Source: an uncultured Actinomycetota bacterium (GTDB taxonomy: Bacteria > Actinomycetota > Thermoleophilia > Gaiellales > Gaiellaceae). From it: 64,000 bases of DNA. A model generated the notes under the pieces. The model ran no database searches. It was not told where the DNA came from and saw only the letters and a list, made by a program, of their open reading frames with translations. The position numbers and the translations under genes were made by a program. Of the stretch, positions 37,773 through 46,782 are shown one piece after another. The stretch lies in NCBI GenBank assembly GCA_963828105.1, contig CAWHDF010000020.1, positions 17,392 through 81,391 on the forward strand. Reading direction: 5' to 3'. Each line of letters begins with the position of its first letter. The first letter of the stretch is position 1.

Positions 37773-39299
37773 TCAGGGGACGCGGTAGGCGTCAACGACC
37801 GGAACGGGTGTCTGGAATGTGAGCGGCTCGGCGCCGGCGGCGACGATCAGCGTCGTGCCCGCGACCGCCGGACAGGCATTGATACCCGCCGGCTCATGTG
37901 CGCGCCAAAGCACGGCGCCGGTGCGTGCGCTCAGTCCGTAGACGCTGCCGTCGTAGGTGGCCGTGAAGACCACGCCGCCGGCGGTTGTCGCGCAGCCGAA
38001 ATCCGGTGACGGGAAGTGGGCGACCCAGAGCTGGCGCCCGGTCGCAGCCGCGAGCGCGACGAGCTCTCCCGTGCCGGCGGCGTAGTCGATGGTGTAGAAG
38101 TTCTGGTAACCGACTGCGCTTCCTCGCATGCAAAGGTTGACAACCGGGACGAAGACGCGTCCCGCCGAAGCTGCCATTGGCGTAAGCGCACCGCCGAGCA
38201 GTCCGGGGCAGATCGTGACCAGGTGTGAGGGCAGCGGACCCTGATCGTTGAGGTGTCGTCCGACACTCGCGCTCCAGACTCGTGCGTGTGTCGCCGTGTC
38301 CCAGGCGATCACGCGGCCGCTCTTGCCGGCGCCGATCACGAGCGTCTTACCCGCGGCGTCGAGCAACATCGGCGGAAGCGAGAAGTCATAGTCGCGCACG
38401 TCATGCGGGGTGACCTGGTCGTACCACTCGAGTCTGCCGGTACGGGCGTCGAGTACGAGCAGCGAGTCGGTGTAGAGCGCGGCGCCCGCGTATGCCGCAC
38501 CGTTTGGTTCGGTGGGCGTACCACCCCAGGGAAGCGGGTTCGCGATCCCGACGTAGAGCGCGCCTGCAGGCGAGAGTGTCGGTGTCCACCAGGCGCCGCC
38601 GCCGGAGGCGACGCGCGGGTTCGCCCAGGGCTTCGCGATCGTCGAGAGGCGCCAGCGCACACGACCGGAGGCCGCGTCAAGCGCGATCAGCGTCCCCTTG
38701 CCGCCTGGGTAGGGGCCGGTCGTGCTCGTGTAGACGAGGCCGAAGGCGACGGCAGGTGCGATGTCGATCGGCTCGCGGCCACTCGTTAGTCGATGGCTCC
38801 AGAGGAGCCTTCCCGAGCCGGGGTCGAGCGCGAAGAGCGTCGTCGAGGTGGCTCCGTAGAGACGGCCGTACCCCGAAGCGAGACCGTTCGGCCCTCCGTC
38901 GGGCGTGCCGAAGTGGTGCGCCCAGAGCAACCGACCGCTGCGCTCGTCGAGCGCGTAGACGTTGCTCTCCAACGTCTGCACGAAGACGCGACCACCTACG
39001 ACCAGCGGCGTCGCCGAGATCACACCCGAGAACGTCGGCTCGTCCGGGAGGTTGAAGCGCCACACACGCGTCAGTCGATCGACATTTCCCGGCTCGAGGC
39101 CCGACCCTGTTGCGCTCCGTGTCCCGGAAAGGTCCGCGTTCGGCGCCGCCCAGGCACCTCCGACACCGGGTTCGGAGGGGCGGCTCAGACGTGCGTGCGC
39201 ACGCTCACCCCCGGTCAACGCGAGCGCAGCCGCCAGGCTGCAGGCCAGCGCGAGCGACGCCTGCCGGACACGAGCTCCGCCCGGGGTGCGCCTGCCCAA
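37773..39299 (-). CDS. Secreted PQQ-like beta-propeller repeat protein (BamB-like fold, no vicinal Cys pair)
   Basis: Blades such as GGRVFVQTLESNVYALDERSGRLLW and GGVVFTATYDGSVYGLSARTGAVLW. Signal peptide present. Confidence 0.75.
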   Translation of the reverse strand: MGRRTPGGARVRQASLALACSLAAALALTGGERAHARLSRPSEPGVGGAWAAPNADLSGTRSATGSGLEPGNVDRLTRVWRFNLPDEPTFSGVISATPLVVGGRVFVQTLESNVYALDERSGRLLWAHHFGTPDGGPNGLASGYGRLYGATSTTLFALDPGSGRLLWSHRLTSGREPIDIAPAVAFGLVYTSTTGPYPGGKGTLIALDAASGRVRWRLSTIAKPWANPRVASGGGAWWTPTLSPAGALYVGIANPLPWGGTPTEPNGAAYAGAALYTDSLLVLDARTGRLEWYDQVTPHDVRDYDFSLPPMLLDAAGKTLVIGAGKSGRVIAWDTATHARVWSASVGRHLNDQGPLPSHLVTICPGLLGGALTPMAASAGRVFVPVVNLCMRGSAVGYQNFYTIDYAAGTGELVALAAATGRQLWVAHFPSPDFGCATTAGGVVFTATYDGSVYGLSARTGAVLWRAHEPAGINACPAVAGTTLIVAAGAEPLTFQTPVPVVDAYRVP

Positions 39300-39311
39300 C
39301 GTGGCGGGATG

Positions 39312-39746
39312 CTACCCGTTGCTGGCTTCGCCGAGCGCCGGCGCGGGCCGTACAGTGAAGTGGCCGGTGATGAGCTTCCCGGTTCCGCCCGACTTCCAGA
39401 CGATGGGGCCGGCGAAACTGCAGCTGTAGTAGAAGAGCTGGCTCTTCCCTTGCGCTAGCAGCGGTGTCTTACGCCCGCCGAGCGAGAACCAGCGAACGAC
39501 CCGGGCCTCGTTGATCACCTTGATGACGAAGGTCGTATCGGTATCCGGGCGCACCTTGCCGGGATCGAAGAGAACAGCCTTCGCGGTGAGCGTGACCTTC
39601 AGATTTGTCGTGATGTCGGGGGCAGTCGTCGCCGACACCCCAGCCGCCAGCACAAGGCTCGCCAATACAAGCGCCAGAGCTGCGACCCCCGCAAACCCGC
39701 CAGCGCTTCGCCATCCGTGCATCGTACCGGGGAGAGGCTCCATCAT
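39312..39746 (-). CDS. Small secreted protein, beta-sandwich-like (unknown function), first gene of an operon with the 508-aa propeller
   Basis: Signal peptide FAGVAALALVLASLVLAAGVSA. No firm motif. A 12-nt gap separates it from the next gene. Confidence 0.5.
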   Translation of the reverse strand: MMEPLPGTMHGWRSAGGFAGVAALALVLASLVLAAGVSATTAPDITTNLKVTLTAKAVLFDPGKVRPDTDTTFVIKVINEARVVRWFSLGGRKTPLLAQGKSQLFYYSCSFAGPIVWKSGGTGKLITGHFTVRPAPALGEASNG

Positions 39747-39857
39747 GTCGTGCCACCAAGTTTGGAGATGTACGGGTTTTGGGGAAAGTATGGGTATGGG
39801 GGGATTCTGGATATAGTCGTCCTCGCATCATCCAGCACATACAAAAAAGGAGGGCCA

Positions 39858-41726
39858 ATGGAGCACCGCAGCGGCTGGAGTTGGTTTCTGCTCGTCGGCT
39901 TGCTGACGGCCAGCGCAGTCTTGATGGTCGGCGTGGCGGGTTCGGCTGCGCAGGGATCATCAATCGTTCCCGCGCCTGATTTTTCGACGTGGGACCTTGC
40001 GCAACCAGCGTCGTACAACTGGCCGACGAACGGTGGTTCGACCACCAACGACCGGTTTTCCGAGCTCAGTGAGATCAACACTGGCGACGTCTCGCAGCTG
40101 AAGGGTCTCTACAAGGTGACCCTGCGCGGCGACGGGCTCGCGGCCAAGTACTCGGGGGAGAGTCAGCCGATCGAGTACGACGGCACGCTCTATATCACGA
40201 CCGGAGACGATGACGTGTTCGCGATCAACGCGGCCACCGGCGGGATCGATTGGGAGTACAAGGCCAATCTGAATCAGAACATCTCGACGGTCTGCTGTGG
40301 TTGGTTGAACCGGGGTATCGGCCTGGGCGACGGGATGGTCTTTCTCGGGCAACTCGACGGCAAGGTCGTCGCTTTGAGCCAGCAGACCGGCAAGGTGATC
40401 TGGGAAGACCACCCGGTCGCCTGGCAGTCGGGCTACACGATCACCGGTTCCCCGCTCTACATGGACGGGAAGATCTATATCGGCACGGTCGGCGCCGAGT
40501 TCGCGACCCGCGGGCGTCTGCTCGCGTTCAACGCGAGCACAGGCAAGCGGCTCTGGACCTTTTACACGATCCCGGGCCCGGGACAGCCGGGCAACAACAG
40601 CTGGCCGAAGGGCACCAACGCGTACCTGCGCGGCGGCGCCTCGGTGTGGTCGACGCCTGCCGTCGACCCGAACCTCGGGTTGATGTACATCACGACCGGA
40701 AACGCGGGAGACGACTGGTACGGAGGGCTCCGCGCCGGGAAAGACCTCTATACGAGCTCGATCGTCGCGGTGAACGTCAACACGGGCAAGGTCGCGTGGT
40801 ACTTCCAGGAGGTCCATCACGACATCTGGGACTTCGATACGCCGAGCCCGCCGCTGCTCTTCAATGCGACGGTCAACGGTGAGACGGTGCCCGGCATCGG
40901 CGCTGCCGGAAAGACAGGTTGGGACTACATGCTCAACCGGCAGACCGGCAAGCCGCTCTACGGCATTGTCGAGCGGCCTGTTCCGCAGGATCCGCAGGAG
41001 CAGACCTATCCGACGCAGCCGATTCCGTTGACTGGCTCGTTCGTCGTTCACGGCAAGCCGCCGGCGAACGATCTCAAGTCGATCATTGCGGGGGTCGCGG
41101 CGCAGAACAAGAACCACCTGCCTGTCGTCGTCGCGAACCAGACATTCGTGCCGCCCTCGACGTCGAAGTGGCTGATCTACGCCCCCTCGGCCGCAGGCGG
41201 CGACAACTGGGAGCCGACGAGCTACAACCCCGATACCCAGATGATCTACGTCTGTGCCGGCGATACGGGCATCGGTGTGCTGGCGGCGAATGGGGCGTTC
41301 AAGCCGGGGCAATCGTATGACGGGATCGCAGGCTTCGCCGGCGCGTTCAACGGCGGAACGGGCACCGTCACTGCACTTGATGCGAACAGCGGCGATGTTG
41401 TCTGGCAGCTCAAGTGGAACCACCCCTGCTACAGCGGGACGGTGACGACCGCCGGTGGCCTCGTGTTCGTCGGACAGAGCACTGGCCAGTTCCAGGCCTA
41501 CGACGCCTGGAACGGCAAGCTGCTGTGGGGCTACCAGACGGGCGCCGGGGCCGACGATACGCCGGCCGTGTTCGAGGAGAATGGGCAGGAGGAGATCGCC
41601 TTCCTCTCCGCCGGTAACTCGCTTGAAGCGAGCCCGCACGGCGACACGCTCTGGGTGTTCGCCCTCAACGGGAAGCTTCCACCCGCGTCGCCTCCAGGCA
41701 AGGGTGCGGGCACGAAGCACAAGTAG
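39858..41726 (+). CDS. PQQ-dependent (quinoprotein) alcohol/methanol dehydrogenase family enzyme
   Basis: AAAGGAGGG RBS before ATG 39858. Signal peptide. Vicinal disulfide motif STVCCGWLNRGIG. W-propeller blades. HHDIWDFDTPSPP active-site region. Confidence 0.88.
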   Translation: MEHRSGWSWFLLVGLLTASAVLMVGVAGSAAQGSSIVPAPDFSTWDLAQPASYNWPTNGGSTTNDRFSELSEINTGDVSQLKGLYKVTLRGDGLAAKYSGESQPIEYDGTLYITTGDDDVFAINAATGGIDWEYKANLNQNISTVCCGWLNRGIGLGDGMVFLGQLDGKVVALSQQTGKVIWEDHPVAWQSGYTITGSPLYMDGKIYIGTVGAEFATRGRLLAFNASTGKRLWTFYTIPGPGQPGNNSWPKGTNAYLRGGASVWSTPAVDPNLGLMYITTGNAGDDWYGGLRAGKDLYTSSIVAVNVNTGKVAWYFQEVHHDIWDFDTPSPPLLFNATVNGETVPGIGAAGKTGWDYMLNRQTGKPLYGIVERPVPQDPQEQTYPTQPIPLTGSFVVHGKPPANDLKSIIAGVAAQNKNHLPVVVANQTFVPPSTSKWLIYAPSAAGGDNWEPTSYNPDTQMIYVCAGDTGIGVLAANGAFKPGQSYDGIAGFAGAFNGGTGTVTALDANSGDVVWQLKWNHPCYSGTVTTAGGLVFVGQSTGQFQAYDAWNGKLLWGYQTGAGADDTPAVFEENGQEEIAFLSAGNSLEASPHGDTLWVFALNGKLPPASPPGKGAGTKHK

Positions 41727-41767
41727 GCACGCGTTCGGAGTCAGTGCCTCGAGGTGGGGGGACGGAT

Positions 41768-41797
41768 GGAGCGGCTCGGGAGGACCCGGGCCGCTCC
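41768..41797 (+). terminator. GC hairpin after the dehydrogenase gene (weak terminator candidate, no T-tract)
   Basis: GGAGCGGC...GCCGCTCC, an 8-bp stem. Confidence 0.25.
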
Positions 41798-41945
41798 GTG
41801 CCGTCCCAACGTCGGTTCGCGGGCGAGGCGTGTCCGGGTAGTGCGGTTCGCTTACAACGGTGCCATCGGTACATATATGTTGTGGTTCGTTTTATAGAGG
41901 GACTTTGTTCAGCGCTATGACCCCTTACGACACACGGGAGTGACC

Positions 41946-42350
41946 ATGGAGACGTCTGACCGCCCGCTCTATCGTGCGACGGTCGCATTGTTGGCTGTGC
42001 TCGCGCTCGCCGCCGCAACGCTGGTTGCTGGCAACGCCTCAGCGGCACGCCTGGCTGTCACCCACCAACTCACAATCGGTACGAAGCCCAAGCCCAAGCC
42101 GAAGACGGTTGGGAGTGCGAGCGCCGGGAAGACGCTGTTTGACGCGAACTGTGAGACGTGTCACGGTGCGCTCGGTACGGGCGGCAACGGTGGGCCTGCG
42201 CTCCAGGGTTTGCCGCTTGCCCAGACCGAGGCGGGTGTGATCAAGCAGGTGACGAATGGCGGCGGGGGCATGCCTGCGTTCGGGAGCCAGTTCACGAAGG
42301 TGCAGATCGAGGATCTCGCGGCCTACGTCACCGAGAAGCTCGTCAAGTAA
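41946..42350 (+). CDS. Membrane-anchored/secreted class I cytochrome c
   Basis: GGGAG RBS. Hydrophobic N-terminus, KPKPKPK linker, heme motif CETCHG and distal Met region GGGGMPAF. Confidence 0.88.
   Translation: METSDRPLYRATVALLAVLALAAATLVAGNASAARLAVTHQLTIGTKPKPKPKTVGSASAGKTLFDANCETCHGALGTGGNGGPALQGLPLAQTEAGVIKQVTNGGGGMPAFGSQFTKVQIEDLAAYVTEKLVK
42117..42349 (+). repeat. Left arm of a ~233-bp inverted duplication (cytochrome c domain)
   Basis: Hand alignment with the reverse complement of 44138..44369 gives 2 substitutions plus one 1-nt indel. Identity stops at the stop codon and at the start of the cytochrome domain. Confidence 0.85.
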
Positions 42351-42509
42351 CTCCGTTCGCGAAGCCCCCGACCACGAGCGTTCACCGTGGTGGAGGGCCT
42401 GCGTGTGTCGGCGTGACAGCCAAGTAGGCCGGCTGTCACGCTTCAGCCGCGTGTGTTCAGCAACCGACGGGCTTCGCCGCTAGGGTGGGCGCTCGCGGTG
42501 AGGAAATTG

Positions 42510-44012
42510 ATGCGCCCGGTTCTGGCGGCCCAGCTCGCGGTGGCGGTCGTTGTCGGGCTGAGCGTCGATGCGGGCACGCCGGCCGGCGGCGCGAACCCGT
42601 CCGCCCTCGGGTCGACCTTCGCGCTCGCGGGAACGCTCGCCACTGACACGCTCCTCAAGCGCTTCTCGACGGGCCGCGGCAGTTGGGCCCTCTGCTCGCC
42701 GTCGCTTTGTGGCAGCGCCGACCAGGACTGGGGCGCGGACTCGTTGACCTACACGCTCGCCCTGCGGGAGCGCACGCGGCCCGCGCCGGCCTTGCTGCGT
42801 ACGCTCGCTCAGCTCGCGCTCGCCGCGCCCCGCTACCCCGCCGCATGTAGCGGCCGCTCGTGTGTCGGGTGGAGCGATGTGCCGAGTGGGATGCGATCGC
42901 CCTCGCGCGCGAGTACGAGGCCACACACGAGCCGGGGGCCCTCGCGAAGGCGGAGGCGGCCTTCGCGTTCGTCGAGGACTCGCCCGTGTACTCGCGCGGT
43001 GCGTGCCCTGCGATCCGGTACCAGCAGCCCTACGGAGGCAGCCAACGACCTGAAGACGCTCGAGACCGACGGCAACGCGATCAAGGCGGCCCTGCTGCTC
43101 TACGCGCGAGCGGCCAGGCGTCGGATACCTCGCGATCGCCGAGCGCCGCTATGCGGCGGTCCGAAGTTACTTTCTCGACCCCGCGGCCGCCGCTCTACAC
43201 CGACCTATGTCTTTGACAACGGCGCGCACTGCGCGCAGTTGCCCCACCGCTTCTTCGCGTCCGGGAACGGCAACATGATCTGGAATGGCGTACGAGCTCT
43301 TACCGCGTCACGGGTCGAGCAGCGCCTACCTGGACGAGGCGACTGCCGACGGCGCGTGCGGTCGCGCTCGACCTCGTCGACGGCCGCGGCGTCTTTGTTG
43401 ACCTCCAGGCCGAGAACGACATCGTCGAGCCGCTTGTCGAGGCGTATGGACGTACTCGCGGCCGAGGCGCATGGCGGCTTCGCGCGTCACTGGATCCTGA
43501 CGAAACGCCGCAGCGGCGCTCGGTGCTCGCACGCCGAGCGGCGCCTACGGGCCGCTTCTTCGACGGGCCGCCGCCGACGACGACGGTGACCGCTTGGCAG
43601 ACGCAACGGCGGCCTCGCGATCGAGATCGCCGCCGCTTCGCTCGCGCCGGCTGCGCGGGCCCGCCCTGCAGCCGGTTGGGCGGATGCGCGCTTCGTTTCG
43701 AGAGCGGTCAGCCGCACGCCCGCGACGATCAGCTTCGACGGGGAGGGAATTGCCTTGATCGGCACACTCGGTGAGCGGTGCTGCGAGTCCGGGCACGCCC
43801 GCGTCGTTGTTGACGGCCGCGCAACCTTTGACCAGACGGGCATCTGGCAGGACAAGTCGAGTGCGGGGATCGGAATTCCCGGCACCGTGCTCTTTGCCTG
43901 GCGTTGGCCGCGATCCGGCCGACATGTGCTCCGCATCGAGTCTGGCATTCCGAACGCGAAGGAGGGCATGTCCTTCATCGACCTACGCGGCTACTGGGTG
44001 ATCTCAGGTTGA
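42510..44012 (+). pseudogene. Multiply frameshifted (alpha/alpha)6-barrel glycoside-hydrolase-like gene (GH76-like by motif impression)
   Basis: GAGGAA RBS plus a signal-like N-terminus. Sensible peptide segments (WDAIALAREYEATHEPG, NDLKTLETDGNAIKAALLLY, GYLAIAERRYAAVRSYFLDP, YVFDNGAHCAQLPHRFFASGNGNMIWNGV, DGRGVFVDLQAENDIVEPLVEA, ATISFDGEGIALIGTLGERCCESGHARVVVDG) are scattered over all three forward frames. Confidence 0.6.
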
Positions 44013-44134
44013 GGCAACCGAACGAGCATCCGAGCGCTTGCAAACACCGTCCGAGCTTTTGCACACGCCATCCAAACTACCCTTGGCCCCAGGCCTCACC
44101 GGACAGAAGAGTTGCGCGGCGGTGATCCCCGAAG

Positions 44135-44726
44135 CTACTTGACGAGCTTCTCGGTGACGTAGGCCGCGAGATCCTCGATCTGCACCTTCGTGAACTGGCT
44201 CCCGAAGGCGGGCATGCCCCCGCCGCCATTCGTCACCTGCTTGATCACACCCGCCTCGGTCTGGGCAAGCGGCAAACCCTGGAGCGCAGGCCCACCGTTG
44301 CCGCCCGGTACCGAGCGCACCGTGACACGTCTCACAGTTCGCGTCAAACAGCGTCTTCCCGGCGCTCGCGCTGCCGAGGGCGGTTGTGGTCCCCGAAGTG
44401 GTAATCGAGACAGTGGCCGTACCGGTGACTGAGCCGGCGGCCGTCGTAACCTCGACTTTGCCGCTCTTCGCAGCCGTGGGCACGGTGAACGTCAGCTTGA
44501 CCGTCGACACGGTCTTGAACTTCGGGACCTTGAGGTCGAACTTGACGGACTTCACCTTCGTGAAGTTCTTCCCGGTCACCGTGATCGTTGTACCAACCTT
44601 CGCGCCGAGCGGCGAGATCTTGGTGATCGAAGGCTTCGTGACCGCCCCGAGCGACGAGGCGGCGACGGCGGCCGCGATCGCCACTCCGACAACTGTCGCA
44701 AGCAAACGCTTCCTGTTGCGGCTCAC
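44135..44726 (-). pseudogene. IPT/TIG-like Ig domain + cytochrome c fusion gene interrupted by a +1 C insertion
   Basis: Signal/TM segment, then ITKISPLGAKVGTTITVTGKNF...KVEVTTAAG, then CETCHG. Relative to copy 1 (GGTACGGGC) this copy reads GGTACCGGGC near 44308, which splits the domain between ORFs 44004..44726 and 44135..44347. Confidence 0.6.
44138..44369 (-). repeat. Right arm of the inverted cytochrome c domain duplication
   Basis: See 42117..42349. Confidence 0.85.
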
Positions 44727-45181
44727 CCTTGCCTCCTTCGACCTCGGAGATCGCTAGGCCCTGGACATCGGGCTCACGAACTGTCGACAACCACCGTACC
44801 CGGTGGGTCGTGGCTCAAAACGGGTTTTCGAAGCGAGGCCCGGTCAGCCGGACTTTGCAGGCTGTGAGTGATGGCAACGACCGTTCGCATTTCCCAGGTG
44901 CTTGGCCCGGCCGGATTGCGGACCGCGGCGCGCGCTTCGTGTTTCGCGCACGTCATCGGCGGGGCCTGGTCCTCTCGCGCGCGACGCGCGGCCCGTCGGC
45001 CATCCGGCGAGGCGGGCGCACCTCGAAGGTGTCATCTCGGCGCTCGGCGGACTCGCGCGTGGCTGCAAAACGCTCGGCTTCGATCGGGCAGCGGTCTGGC
45101 GTCGAAGGCGCCCCGGTACCGCGAATAGCGCAGAGTTGACCGCAACCGGCCGCCTTGCCGCGCGCGCTCTCGGCGCGGAGG

Positions 45182-45631
45182 CTACTCGCGGTTCCCCGGA
45201 ACCTCGGCGATTCTCCTGACCGGCGCGGGCAGGGTGCCGTTCGCGAGATCCGCGAACGTGACGCGCTCGAGGATCGCGCGGATGTTTGCGCGCAGGGCGA
45301 TCCACACATCCTTGAGCGGCTCCGTGGACGGCTCGTAGGCGACGACGGGCGGCCGCGCGCCGCGAATCGTCGCGAGCGGACCGCTGACCGCGCGCACGAC
45401 ATCCGCGATCGTGATCTCCCGCGCGGGACGCGCGAGGCGAAAGCCGCCCTCGCGCCCGCGTTGGGCATCGACGATCTCCGCGTGGCGCAACTCGATCAGG
45501 ATGTTCTGCAGAAAGGCAGTCGGGATGTCCTGGGCCTGTGCGATCTGCTCACGCGTCAGTGGCCCTCCGTCCACGAGCGCGAGTTGGAGCACGGCGCGAA
45601 CCGCATAATCTTCCTTGGCGGAGATGCGCAT
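45182..45631 (-). CDS. Rrf2-family transcriptional regulator
   Basis: MRISAKEDYAVRAVLQLAL...REQIAQAQDIPTAFLQNILIELRHAEIV...RGREGGFRLARP. No three-Cys cluster is obvious. Confidence 0.88.
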   Translation of the reverse strand: MRISAKEDYAVRAVLQLALVDGGPLTREQIAQAQDIPTAFLQNILIELRHAEIVDAQRGREGGFRLARPAREITIADVVRAVSGPLATIRGARPPVVAYEPSTEPLKDVWIALRANIRAILERVTFADLANGTLPAPVRRIAEVPGNRE

Positions 45632-45875
45632 TCCGGCATTCTGACGGGTCTGGTGGGCGGCCGTGTGCAGCGGCGGTCGCGAGCTTGCTCGAAGGACTCG
45701 CCTGTATGAGTTGCTTGGCGCGAGCCGGAGGTCATCTCGATAGACCGGGGGCCCCGTCGAGTTGCTCCTGCTCGGGAGAACGCATCTTCTCGGCGAAGAA
45801 CAGCATTAAATGAGATTTATGTAGTCAAGTATCGCTGCAGTCAAGAGTCTGCTGGTGTGAGTCCCCCGGCCGTAC

Positions 45876-45905
45876 TTGACATGTGACTATATGGTCACAT
45901 ATGCT
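45876..45905 (+). promoter_or_regulatory. Candidate promoter plus operator for a leaderless ArsR-SRPBCC gene
   Basis: TTGACA (45876-45881), 18-nt spacer, TATGCT (45900-45905), with ATG at 45912. The palindrome ATGTGAC-TATATG-GTCACAT (45881-45900) fills the spacer. Confidence 0.4.
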
Positions 45906-45911
45906 CCGAGC

Positions 45912-46697
45912 ATGGACGAGGTGTTCAGGGCAATAGCCGATCCCACCCGGCGGGGGCTGCTGGACGAGCTCTACCGCGAGGACGGCCAGACGCTCGGCAG
46001 GCTCGAGGCCCGCGTTGCGATGACGCGTTACGGGGTGATGAAGCATCTGCGCGTCCTCGAGCAGGCCGGTCTCGTCGTCACCCGGCGACGTGGCCGCGAG
46101 AAGCTTCACTACCTGAACCCCGTCCCGATCCGGCTCCTCCACGATCGGTGGGTGAGCAAGTACAGCGAGCCCTGGGTTGCAGGGCTCAGCGCGATCAAGC
46201 GCGGATTGGAGCATCCAATGGAAAAGATCTACGAGATCTACATCCGTACGACTCCGGAGCAGCTTTGGCACGCGATCGTGGACCCGGAAATCCGGCGCAA
46301 GTACAACTTCGGCGCGTCGGTCGACTCCGACTGGAAGGTCGGCTCCCGCGTCGCGATGGGTGTCTCGGCGACCGGGCTGGCGCTCGGCGACGGCCAAGTC
46401 CTCGAGGTCGATCCACCTCGGCGACTCGTCCACACCTTGGTCGCGCTCTGGAGCGATGAGGTTCGTAGCGAGGGTGCCTCACGCGTGACCTGGGAGATCG
46501 AGCAGGTCGCGGACTCGTGCCATCTGACCGTCACTCACGACGAGCTGCGGGACGGTGCGAACGAGCAGCTCTACGGTGGCTGGCCGATGATTCTCTCGGG
46601 CCTCAAAACCTGGCTCGAGTCTGGCGAGTTGCTCACAACGCCGGGCTCGTTGCTCTACGCGCATGCCGCCGACGCCGAGGCGGTCGCGGGGCCGTGA
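45912..46697 (+). CDS. ArsR-family wHTH fused to an SRPBCC/AHSA1-like domain
   Basis: [16 protein letters not shown]...[31 protein letters not shown], followed by a START/AHSA1-like beta-rich domain. Confidence 0.8.
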   Translation: MDEVFRAIADPTRRGLLDELYREDGQTLGRLEARVAMTRYGVMKHLRVLEQAGLVVTRRRGREKLHYLNPVPIRLLHDRWVSKYSEPWVAGLSAIKRGLEHPMEKIYEIYIRTTPEQLWHAIVDPEIRRKYNFGASVDSDWKVGSRVAMGVSATGLALGDGQVLEVDPPRRLVHTLVALWSDEVRSEGASRVTWEIEQVADSCHLTVTHDELRDGANEQLYGGWPMILSGLKTWLESGELLTTPGSLLYAHAADAEAVAGP

Positions 46698-46782
46698 GCG
46701 CGTCGGTATGCGGGCCTCGTGCTCGGCGCGGTGGGAAGTCGACGCCGCCGTCTGCCCAAGGCCCTCTCGGGGGGCGGCGGCG

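Noticed and set aside
44790-45181. Possible extra gene between the IPT-cytochrome pseudogene and the Rrf2 gene. Several 80-170-aa ORFs are present, one with high third-position GC.
   Set aside because: No start codon with an RBS, no motif, and the best frame is only the tail of an ORF that overlaps the Rrf2 gene. Left unannotated; it may be additional decayed sequence.
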